A stretch of DNA of 48,605 bases. Origin: Steroidobacteraceae bacterium. GTDB taxonomy: Bacteria > Pseudomonadota > Gammaproteobacteria > Steroidobacterales > Steroidobacteraceae. Both the position numbers and the translations under genes were made by a program. Location: NCBI GenBank assembly GCA_036394715.1, contig DASWEO010000143.1, positions 1-48,605 on the forward strand, read 5' to 3'. How positions within the stretch are numbered: the stretch's first letter is position 1; each line of letters opens with the position of its first letter. The notes under the pieces are model-generated. The model worked only from the letters and a program-made list of their open reading frames with translations, made no database searches and was not told where the DNA came from. Shown here piece by piece: positions 19,245 through 26,777 of the stretch.

Positions 19245-19928
19245 CTATTCGTCTTCGCGCAAGCTGTACCCTGCGCCGCGCACCGTGTGCAGCAGGGGTT
19301 TGTCGAAGTCTTTGTCGATCGCCTGCCGCAAACGGCTGATGTGCACGTCGATCACGTTGGTCTGCGGGTCGAAATGGTAGTCCCACACGCCCTCGAGCAG
19401 CATGGTGCGCGTCACCACCTGTCCGCTGTGGCGCATCATGAACTCCAGCAACTGGAATTCGCGCGCCGTGAGCTCGATTTTCTTGCCGTTGCGCATGACC
19501 CGGCGCGTCATCCGGTCGAGCTCCAGATCCGCCAGTTTCAATCTGGTATTCGCTTCCGCGCTGCCGTTCTCGCCGCGTCTTGCGAGCGCGTCGATGCGCG
19601 CCAGCAGCTCCGACATGTGATACGGCTTGGTCAGGTAATCGTCGCCGCCGGCGCGGAGGCCCGTGATGCGATCGTCCACGTCGCCGAGCGCGCTCAAAAT
19701 CAGGACCGGCATCTTGCGCCCCGTCGCGCGCAGCGACTGCACCAAGGCGAGTCCATCGAGCTTCGGCAGCATGCGATCGACGATCGCCAGATCGACGGCA
19801 ATCGACGAGGCGAGGTGCAGCCCCTCGAGACCGTTTCCCGCCACGTCGACCGTGTGTCCTACCTCGCGCAGCGCTTTGGCCAGGTAATCACGTGCAACTT
19901 CGTCATCTTCAACAATCAAGATGTGCAT
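19245..19928 (-). CDS. OmpR-family response regulator
   Basis: MHILIVEDDEVARDYL, LAIVDRMLPKLDG, GDDYLTKPY. Winged helix ending LHTVRGAGYSL. Confidence 0.9.
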   Translation of the reverse strand: MHILIVEDDEVARDYLAKALREVGHTVDVAGNGLEGLHLASSIAVDLAIVDRMLPKLDGLALVQSLRATGRKMPVLILSALGDVDDRITGLRAGGDDYLTKPYHMSELLARIDALARRGENGSAEANTRLKLADLELDRMTRRVMRNGKKIELTAREFQLLEFMMRHSGQVVTRTMLLEGVWDYHFDPQTNVIDVHISRLRQAIDKDFDKPLLHTVRGAGYSLREDE

Positions 19929-19947
19929 GGCTTGCTATCTTACAGCC

Positions 19948-20006
19948 GTTGGACCCGTGTTTGTCGGCACGATAGACTAAAGCCAAGATCGCACGGGTTG
20001 TCCAAC
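19948..20006. promoter_or_regulatory. imperfect inverted repeat in the divergent regulator/mipA intergenic region (candidate operator)
   Basis: GTTGGACCCGTG (19948-19959) and CACGGGTTGTCCAAC (19992-20006). The arms are complementary except for a 3-nt bulge and are 32 nt apart. Confidence 0.25.
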
Positions 20007-20075
20007 AAGCTCATCAAAAGGCCGCTTTCATTATGCCCGACCGGATCTCTCAAACCAACACATGACCAACCATTG

Positions 20076-20918
20076 ATGCCCGCGGCGCCGAAGAGTTCCC
20101 GCGGCACACTGTGCGCGGCGCTGCTGGCGATGTGCTGGGCCATGCCGGTTCTGTCCAAGGAGGAGCCCTTGCTGGAGTATGGGCTTGGAGTCGGCGCAGT
20201 GGCATTCGAAGACTATCGCGGCTCCAACAGCGCCCACGTCTATCCCCTGCCCATTCCGTATCTGGTGTACCACGGCAAGTTTCTAAAATCGGATCGCGAG
20301 GGCGTTCGCGGAACTCTGTTCAATCAAGACCGGGTCGAGCTCAATTTGAGCGTCAATGCGACCACGCCGGTACGCAATGATCGGGAACGCAACGGCATGC
20401 CGGACCTCAGATCCACGCTGGAGCTCGGGCCCTCGCTGGAATTGCATTTGTTGCGCAGCGACGATGCGCGGATCAAATTCGATCTGCGAATGCCGCTGCG
20501 CGCCGCATTCACAGTCGAGGCCTCGCCCAGAATGATCGGCTGGACGTTCACGCCGCGCTTCAATTTGGATGTCGCGGACCCTTTCGGGTTCACGGGTTGG
20601 CACCTAGGATTGCTCACCGGGCCCTTGTTCGCCGACCGCCGCTACCACGATTATTTCTATACGGTCGCACCCCGGTATGCGACGGCCGCGCGGCCCGTCT
20701 ACCAGGCGGTCGGCGGCTACGCCGGCACGCAGGCGATCGCCGCCGCGTCCAGACGCTTTCCGCATTTCTGGGTGGGCGCGTACGTGCGTTATGACACCCT
20801 GTCCGGGGCCGCATTCGTCGACAGCCCGCTGGTCCAGAGCAGAAGTTATTGGTCGACGGGATTCGGTATTTCCTGGATGATCCACCGGTCTTCGACCATG
20901 GTCGAAGTACCCGATTGA
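20076..20918 (+). CDS. mipA: MipA/OmpV family outer-membrane protein
   Basis: Start is MPAAPKSSRGTLCAALLAMCWAMPVLS (signal peptide). MipA-like beta-barrel pattern YPLPIPYLVYHGKFLKSDREGVRG. The track ORF from 19287 is an antisense 5' extension over the regulator gene. Confidence 0.75.
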   Translation: MPAAPKSSRGTLCAALLAMCWAMPVLSKEEPLLEYGLGVGAVAFEDYRGSNSAHVYPLPIPYLVYHGKFLKSDREGVRGTLFNQDRVELNLSVNATTPVRNDRERNGMPDLRSTLELGPSLELHLLRSDDARIKFDLRMPLRAAFTVEASPRMIGWTFTPRFNLDVADPFGFTGWHLGLLTGPLFADRRYHDYFYTVAPRYATAARPVYQAVGGYAGTQAIAAASRRFPHFWVGAYVRYDTLSGAAFVDSPLVQSRSYWSTGFGISWMIHRSSTMVEVPD

Positions 20919-20930
20919 GTACCCGCACCG

Positions 20931-21695
20931 ATGCTGCGTCCTCTGAAAATCGCCTATGAATATTTCGCGCTCTACACATCGCTGACGCTGCTGGGGCTCA
21001 TCTGCCTGACCTGGTCGGTGTTCGCGCTGCCGCTGTATTTCATTCTGCCGCGGCGCATCGGCACCGCGGTCGGGCGGCGCGGCATCATGTCAGGATTTCG
21101 CCTCTATGCCTGGTCTCTGTCCGTCACCCGCACCTACCATTTGGATTTGCGCGCCATCGACACCTTGAGGGACGGGCCGCCGGTGATCTTGGCCCCCAAT
21201 CATCCCTGCTTGATCGATGCGCTGCTGATCCTGACGCGCCACCCCAACATCGTCTGCGTCATGAAATCGGCGCTCATGAGAAATGTGTTTCTCGGATCCG
21301 GTTCGCGTCTCGCGCGCTACGTGCCCAACGACTCGTCGCGCCAAATGGTCAAGGACTCCGTGTCGCATCTCCGCGACGGCGGCGTCCTCTTGTTGTTTCC
21401 CGAAGGCACCCGGAGCACCCGGGCGCCGATCAATTCGTTGGTGGGCAGCGTGGGACTGATCGCGAAGCACGCCAATGTCCCGGTGCAAACCCTGGTGATC
21501 GAGACCGATTCGCCCTTCTTGAGCAAGGGTTGGCCGCTGTTCCGGCGGCCTGACTTGCCCATCACCTACCGGGTAAGGTTGGGGAGGCGCTTTGACCCTC
21601 CGGCGGACGTCCCTGCGTTCACGGCCGAACTCGACCGGTACTACCGTCAGGCGCTCGAGGGGGCGCTGCAGTCGCGCTGGCTACAGTGCAAGTAG
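20931..21695 (+). CDS. lysophospholipid acyltransferase (PlsC/LPLAT family; ApeD-like)
   Basis: HX4D block APNHPCLIDAL and FPEGTRS block. N-terminal TM segment. Starts 12 nt after the mipA stop. Confidence 0.85.
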   Translation: MLRPLKIAYEYFALYTSLTLLGLICLTWSVFALPLYFILPRRIGTAVGRRGIMSGFRLYAWSLSVTRTYHLDLRAIDTLRDGPPVILAPNHPCLIDALLILTRHPNIVCVMKSALMRNVFLGSGSRLARYVPNDSSRQMVKDSVSHLRDGGVLLLFPEGTRSTRAPINSLVGSVGLIAKHANVPVQTLVIETDSPFLSKGWPLFRRPDLPITYRVRLGRRFDPPADVPAFTAELDRYYRQALEGALQSRWLQCK

Positions 21696-21697
21696 GC

Positions 21698-22498
21698 ATG
21701 GACGCGCGCCATGCCGCCCGCACCCCGGTGCGGTCCAGTTCTCACTTGGTGCTCATTCCGAGCTACAACCCGGGGCCCAAGGTGTATGCGACCGTGCGCG
21801 CCGCTCTCGATCAATGGGCTCCCGTCTGGGTGGTAGTCGACGGCAGCACCGATCAAACCGCGCAAGGCTTGTCGGCCATGGCCGAAGCGGAACCCGGCTT
21901 GGCTGTGTTCGTGCTTGCGGAGAACCGCGGCAAGGGTGCCGCCGTGCTGTACGGATTGCGCGAGGCGCAGGCTTCCGGGTTCACCCACGCCTTGACCATG
22001 GATTCCGACGGTCAGCACCCCGCCGAACGGATTCGAGGCTTCATGCAGGCGTCGCTGGCAGAGCCCGGTGCCATGGTGCTGGGCGTCCCGGTATTCGACG
22101 CCAGTGCGCCCGGTTTGCGGGTCAAGGGCCGCCGAATCTCGAATTGGTGGGCCAACCTCGAGACCCTGTGGGCCGGCATCCACGACTCCCTGTATGGCTT
22201 TCGCGTGTACCCCATTGACCCTCTGGTCGCGGTCATGAGCCGGCAACCCTGGATGCGGCGCTTCGACTTCGACGTCGAGGCAGCGGTGCGCCTGTGCTGG
22301 CGCGGCGTCCGGCCAGTCAACCTGCCCGCGCCGGTGCGCTACTTTCGTCCCGAGGAAGGAGGAGTGTCACACTTCAACTACGGGCGCGACAACGCCTTGC
22401 TGACCTGGATGCATTTTCGGCTATTTTGGGGCTTCGTCGCACGACTGCCGCTGTTGTCGCTGCGGCGCATACGCGCACGGGTGGCCAGGCGACGGTAA
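21698..22498 (+). CDS. family 2 glycosyltransferase
   Basis: LVLIPSYNPGPKV, VVVDGSTDQT, and the DxD region TMDSDGQHP. ATG 21698 lies 2 nt after the LPLAT stop; an alternative GTG is at 21686. Confidence 0.85.
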   Translation: MDARHAARTPVRSSSHLVLIPSYNPGPKVYATVRAALDQWAPVWVVVDGSTDQTAQGLSAMAEAEPGLAVFVLAENRGKGAAVLYGLREAQASGFTHALTMDSDGQHPAERIRGFMQASLAEPGAMVLGVPVFDASAPGLRVKGRRISNWWANLETLWAGIHDSLYGFRVYPIDPLVAVMSRQPWMRRFDFDVEAAVRLCWRGVRPVNLPAPVRYFRPEEGGVSHFNYGRDNALLTWMHFRLFWGFVARLPLLSLRRIRARVARRR

Positions 22499-22513
22499 TG
22501 CGACGCCGGTGGG

Positions 22514-22541
22514 TTGCCGCTCCGGCCGGCACCTATATAAT
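22514..22541 (+). promoter_or_regulatory. candidate sigma-70 promoter internal to the cluster, upstream of the ACP gene
   Basis: TTGCCG (22514-22519), 16-nt spacer, perfect TATAAT (22536-22541). Sits in an unusually AT-rich 80-nt gap, 38 nt upstream of the ACP ATG. Confidence 0.45.
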
Positions 22542-22578
22542 GCCCGCAACTTTATAAGTTCAATTGAAAGCCTAGCCT

Positions 22579-22881
22579 ATGTCCGACAAAGCGTCGCTCA
22601 TGCAACAGCCGGCGCCCCTGGCCGATGTCGGTCTACAGCGGGAAATTGCCGGCCTGTTCGTGCAAGCCTTGAACCTCGAGGTGCTGCCGCAGGACATCGA
22701 TCCTGAGGCCCCCCTGTATGGTGAGGGCTTGGGGCTCGACTCCATCGATATCTTGGAGGTGGCGTTGATCGTCTCCAAGCAGTACGGCATTCAATTGCGC
22801 GCCGACGCTTCGGAAAATCAGCAGACCTTCCGTTCCTTGAGGCACCTAGCAGAGTACATTGCGGCACATAGGACCAAGTAG
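22579..22881 (+). CDS. acyl carrier protein (ApeE/XanC-like)
   Basis: 100 aa. Phosphopantetheine attachment site GLGLDSIDILEVAL. Confidence 0.88.
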   Translation: MSDKASLMQQPAPLADVGLQREIAGLFVQALNLEVLPQDIDPEAPLYGEGLGLDSIDILEVALIVSKQYGIQLRADASENQQTFRSLRHLAEYIAAHRTK

Positions 22882-22883
22882 CG

Positions 22884-23516
22884 ATGCGTTGGCGGCGTAG
22901 GCTGCAGCTGGCTGCGGTCGTCGTATTCCTCGTCGCTTACGCAGGACTGTCCCACTACAGCAACTCCGCGGCAAAGACCCGCGATTTGGGAGTGGGTCTC
23001 GCCTTGGGCCCGGTGCTCACCGTCGGCCTCCTTCTACTCTGGCGCTGGACCCACGCATGGGTGGCCCTGCTGGGGGCGGCAGCCGCGGCCGTGCTCCTGC
23101 GTCACTACTGGCCGGTCTTGGAAAAGAACTTCCCCGTGGTCTATCTCCTGCAGGAGGGCGGCTTCTACAGTCTCATGGCGGCCAGTTTCGGTGTGTCCCT
23201 GCTGGGGAATCGCGTGGCGCTGTGCACCCAGCTTGCGGACAAGGTGCATGGGCCGCTGACACCGCAAGAGCTGCGCTACACGCGCCGCGTCACGGCCGCG
23301 TGGGCCTTGTTTTTCCTCTTGATCACCGGCGCGACGTTCGGGCTGTTCCTCTTCACGCCGCTGCGCATTTGGTCGCTGTTCGCGAATTTCTGCGTGCTGC
23401 CGCTGATCGGACTCATGTTCGTGGCCGAGTATGCCGTCCGGCGGCGTGTGCTCCCGCAGGTGCCGCGCCGAGGCATACTCGCCGCGGTGCGGGTTTATTT
23501 CGCGAACTCACCCTAA
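22884..23516 (+). CDS. integral membrane protein (COG4648-like, typical APE-cluster member)
   Basis: 210 aa with about 6 hydrophobic segments. No catalytic motif recognised. Conserved position between the ACP and the adenylating enzyme. Confidence 0.6.
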   Translation: MRWRRRLQLAAVVVFLVAYAGLSHYSNSAAKTRDLGVGLALGPVLTVGLLLLWRWTHAWVALLGAAAAAVLLRHYWPVLEKNFPVVYLLQEGGFYSLMAASFGVSLLGNRVALCTQLADKVHGPLTPQELRYTRRVTAAWALFFLLITGATFGLFLFTPLRIWSLFANFCVLPLIGLMFVAEYAVRRRVLPQVPRRGILAAVRVYFANSP

Positions 23517-23539
23517 GCTACCGTCACCCTAAGCTACCG
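23508..23539 (+). repeat. perfect 16-bp tandem direct repeat (2 copies) across a stop codon and intergenic spacer
   Basis: TCACCCTAAGCTACCG at 23508-23523 and again at 23524-23539. Copy 1 contains the TAA stop (23514-23516) of the membrane-protein gene. Confidence 0.9.
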
Positions 23540-23543
23540 TAAG

Positions 23544-24893
23544 ATGGATACGATCGCGTTACTGTCCCACAGCACACCCTCGGCGGTGATTGCGTACCGA
23601 TCACAAGTCCCGGTCACCGCTCAACGCTTCTTATCCGACGCCAAGCACCTGGCGCAGCGCTTGCCCGCCGGCGAGCACGTGCTCAACGTGTGCGCCGATC
23701 GATACCGCTTCACGGTGGGTCTCGCGGCTTGTCTCATCACCGGGCGCGTCAGTCTGTTGCCATCCACGCACACGCCCGAGGTGATCGGGCAACTCGCGAG
23801 CTTCGCGCCGGACGCTTTCTGCCTGACCGACGACCCGCTCTGCGATATCGGCCTCCCGAGAGTCCATTATCCCGAGGACTTGCCCACCAGCGAGAAGGCT
23901 TGGGCCGTGCCGGAGATTCCAGTGACTCAGCTCGCGGCCATCGTCTTTACCTCGGGATCGACCGGCACACCCCTGCCCTACAAGAAAACTTGGGGCCGCC
24001 TTGCACGCTGCGTGCGCGACGGCGCCGCCCGTTTGGGGCTGTCGGACGGCAGGCGCCATGTCCTGATCGGCACGGTGCCTGCGCAGCATATGTACGGCTT
24101 CGAATCTACCGTGCTGCTGGCGCTCATGAGCGGCAACTCCTTCTGCGCCGAGCGGCCCTTTTATCCCGCCGATATCGCAACCGCCCTGGCGGCGGTGCCC
24201 CGGCCGCGCGTGCTGGTGACGACTCCCGTCCACTTACGCGCCCTACTTGCATCGGAGATCGATTTGCCGCCGCTGGATCTCGTCGTCTCCGCGACGGCTC
24301 CCTTGGATCAGGATCTGGCGCGCAGAGTGGAAGGGAAATTTCACGCGGCACTGCTCGAGATTTATGGCTCCACGGAAACCGGGCAGATCGCCCTCCGCCG
24401 CACCGCCGAGTCGGCCGGCTGGCGGCTGTGGCCGGGAGTTCGGCTGAGAATTTCGAACGATCAGGTGTTCGCGCACGGCGGTCACGTCGAACAATTGACG
24501 GCCATGCAGGATGTCATCGAGATGACCGGCGACGACGAATTTCTTCTGCACGGCCGCACGGCGGACTTGGTCAATATCGCCGGCAAGCGCAGTTCATTCG
24601 GCTATTTGAACGCGCAGCTGAATGCCATCCCCGGCGTGGCCGACGGCGTGTTCTTCCTGCGCGACGGCGCCACCGGCTCCACCGGAGTGGCGCGCTTGGG
24701 CGCGGTCGTGGTCGCTCCCACATTGAGCGCGGCCGCGCTCATCGAGCATCTGCGCCAGCGGATCGATCCCGTGTTCCTGCCGCGCCCGCTGATCATCGTC
24801 GAGCGCTTGCCGCGCAACGCCACCGGCAAGCTGCCGCAGCAGGAACTGCAGCAGCTGGCAAGCCGTCACCTGCAGACGAATGAAGCGCCGTGA
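23544..24893 (+). CDS. AMP-dependent synthetase / acyl(aryl)-ACP ligase (ApeH/XanA2-like)
   Basis: Adenylation cores FTSGSTGTPLPYKKTW, EIYGSTETG, GRTADLVNIAGKRSS, PRNATGKL. Confidence 0.88.
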   Translation: MDTIALLSHSTPSAVIAYRSQVPVTAQRFLSDAKHLAQRLPAGEHVLNVCADRYRFTVGLAACLITGRVSLLPSTHTPEVIGQLASFAPDAFCLTDDPLCDIGLPRVHYPEDLPTSEKAWAVPEIPVTQLAAIVFTSGSTGTPLPYKKTWGRLARCVRDGAARLGLSDGRRHVLIGTVPAQHMYGFESTVLLALMSGNSFCAERPFYPADIATALAAVPRPRVLVTTPVHLRALLASEIDLPPLDLVVSATAPLDQDLARRVEGKFHAALLEIYGSTETGQIALRRTAESAGWRLWPGVRLRISNDQVFAHGGHVEQLTAMQDVIEMTGDDEFLLHGRTADLVNIAGKRSSFGYLNAQLNAIPGVADGVFFLRDGATGSTGVARLGAVVVAPTLSAAALIEHLRQRIDPVFLPRPLIIVERLPRNATGKLPQQELQQLASRHLQTNEAP

Positions 24894-25252
24894 AAGCTGC
24901 GGCGGCCATGCAGAACTCCATCGAGATCCCGAGAGACCACCCGGCGTTCGCCGGTCACTTTCCCAAGTTTCCCGTCCTGCCGGGCGCCGCTCTGCTGGAT
25001 GCGGTGCTGCAAGTCTTACAACGCGAGCGGGCCGTCGATCTCACTCAGTGGCGTATCGCATCCGTCAAATTCATCGACGTCGTACGCCCCGGTGACGCAC
25101 TTTGCTTGGAGCATCTCGCCGCGGGCAAGAGCGGGCTGATTCGCTTTACGGTGCGCGTCGCGGACCGGACGGTGGCCAGCGGCAGCCTGGCGAGCGCGAC
25201 GCCGGAGGGCGCGCCACAGCCGGATGCCGCCCCGTCGAGCGGCGGCGCATGA
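24890..25252 (+). CDS. hotdog-fold 3-hydroxyacyl-ACP dehydratase (ApeI-like)
   Basis: DHPAFAGHFPKFPVLPGAALLDAV. GTG start overlaps the ligase stop (GTGA); alternative ATG at 24908. Confidence 0.8.
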   Translation: MKAAAAMQNSIEIPRDHPAFAGHFPKFPVLPGAALLDAVLQVLQRERAVDLTQWRIASVKFIDVVRPGDALCLEHLAAGKSGLIRFTVRVADRTVASGSLASATPEGAPQPDAAPSSGGA

Positions 25253-26190
25253 CCCCCAAGGCCGCGAACGTCGCGGACCCACAACCCAAGGCGGATTGGA
25301 TCAGGCATCGCGAGCGGGGCAGCATGGCACTGCTCCGGATCATGGCGTTCGTTTCCCTGCATCTGGGCAGAACCTTGAGCCGGATTCCCCTGTATGGAAT
25401 CGCGATCTATTTCTTTTTGTTCGCACCGGGCGCGCGGCGCCATTCTCGACGCTACCTGCGCCTCGCGCTCGGCCGGCGCCCGGGCGCGCGCGACCGCTTT
25501 CGTCAAATATTGAGCTTTGCCACCACCATCCACGATCGCGTCTATCTGATCAACGAGCAATTCGGGATATTCAACATCACACTCGAAGGCGAGACCCAGA
25601 TACTCGCGCTAGTAGACAAGGGCCGCGGTGCCTTGCTCATGGGCGCCCACATGGGCAGCTTCGAGGTGATGCACAGCCTTGGCCGGCGGCGGCACGGACT
25701 CAAGGTGGCCATGGCCATGTACGAGGAGAACGCGCGCAAGATCAACGCCATCCTCGCGGCCATCAATCCGCACCTCGAGTCCGACATCGTCTCCTTGGGC
25801 AGGATCGACGCCATGCTCAATATTGCCGAACGCCTCGACCACGGCGCGTTCGTCGGCGTGCTGGGTGATCGAACGCTGGGAGGCGAGCCGGTGCAGGCGG
25901 TGACGTTGCTGGGCGAGCGCGCCTACCTGCCCACGGGTCCCATGCGTGCTGCGGCCATTCTGCGCTGCCCGGTATTCTTCATGGCCGGGCTGTATCGCGG
26001 CAAGAACCACTACCATGTGGTGTTCGAGCCGGTCGCCGATTTTTCCTCGACTCCCGCGGCGCCGCGCCATTTCGCGGTCCGTTCGGCGATCGACCGTTAC
26101 GCCGCCCTGCTCGACCAGTACTGCCGCAGCGACCCCTACAACTGGTTCAATTTCCACGATTTCTGGCGCAAGCCGGGCGCAGTGCGGTGA
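25249..26190 (+). CDS. LpxL/HtrB-like lipid A biosynthesis-type acyltransferase (ApeJ-like)
   Basis: Start MTPKAANV with ATGA overlap. N-terminal TM. HX4E block GAHMGSFEV. Confidence 0.75.
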   Translation: MTPKAANVADPQPKADWIRHRERGSMALLRIMAFVSLHLGRTLSRIPLYGIAIYFFLFAPGARRHSRRYLRLALGRRPGARDRFRQILSFATTIHDRVYLINEQFGIFNITLEGETQILALVDKGRGALLMGAHMGSFEVMHSLGRRRHGLKVAMAMYEENARKINAILAAINPHLESDIVSLGRIDAMLNIAERLDHGAFVGVLGDRTLGGEPVQAVTLLGERAYLPTGPMRAAAILRCPVFFMAGLYRGKNHYHVVFEPVADFSSTPAAPRHFAVRSAIDRYAALLDQYCRSDPYNWFNFHDFWRKPGAVR

Positions 26191-26777
26191 ACGCCGCGAC
26201 GCATGTTGCCGGCAGCATGATGCGGCGTGCGCTTGCACTCGTCGTGCTGGCCTGGCTCTGCGGCGCAAGCAGCGATCTGGACGCCGTCATGGGCGTGCTG
26301 GCGATGCGCCAGCACGGGCGGGTCGAGTTCATCGAGCAGCAGTTCCTCGCCGTCCTCGATCACCCGGTCGAATCCTCGGGCGAATTGCGTTACGACGCGC
26401 CGGATCATCTGGAGAAGCGCACTCTGCTTCCCCGCCCCGAAAATCTGGTGCTCGCCGGCGGCGTATTGACTGTGGAGCGCCGAGGCCGCAAGCATGTGCT
26501 CGACCTGCAGCGGTACCCGCAAATCCAGCCATTCGTCGAAAGTATCCGCGCCACCCTGGCGGGCGATCGAAGCGCGCTCGAGCGAATATTCCACGTGGAA
26601 TTTGCCGGCAGCGTGGAGCGCTGGAACCTCGTTCTGGTCCCCGTGGACCGTCAATTGGCGCGAACCGTCAAGCAGGTGCAGATCGACGGGTCGAGAGACC
26701 AATTGCACAGAATTGAAATTCGCCAGGCCGATGGTGATCGCTCACTGATGACCCTGCGCGCAGCCGCGGCGCCATGA
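26187..26777 (+). CDS. LolA-like outer-membrane lipoprotein-carrier-family protein
   Basis: Signal peptide MMRRALALVVLAWLCGASS (ATG 26217; an upstream GTG 26187 overlaps the preceding stop). About 180-aa mature domain at the conserved position before the MMPL gene. Confidence 0.65.
   Translation: MNAATHVAGSMMRRALALVVLAWLCGASSDLDAVMGVLAMRQHGRVEFIEQQFLAVLDHPVESSGELRYDAPDHLEKRTLLPRPENLVLAGGVLTVERRGRKHVLDLQRYPQIQPFVESIRATLAGDRSALERIFHVEFAGSVERWNLVLVPVDRQLARTVKQVQIDGSRDQLHRIEIRQADGDRSLMTLRAAAAP

Noticed and set aside
22499-22578. Looked for a second tandem ACP gene or another hidden small gene, which is usual in APE clusters
   Set aside because: The gap is only 80 nt and AT-rich with promoter-like hexamers, and it has no ORF. 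The cluster appears to have a single ACP.
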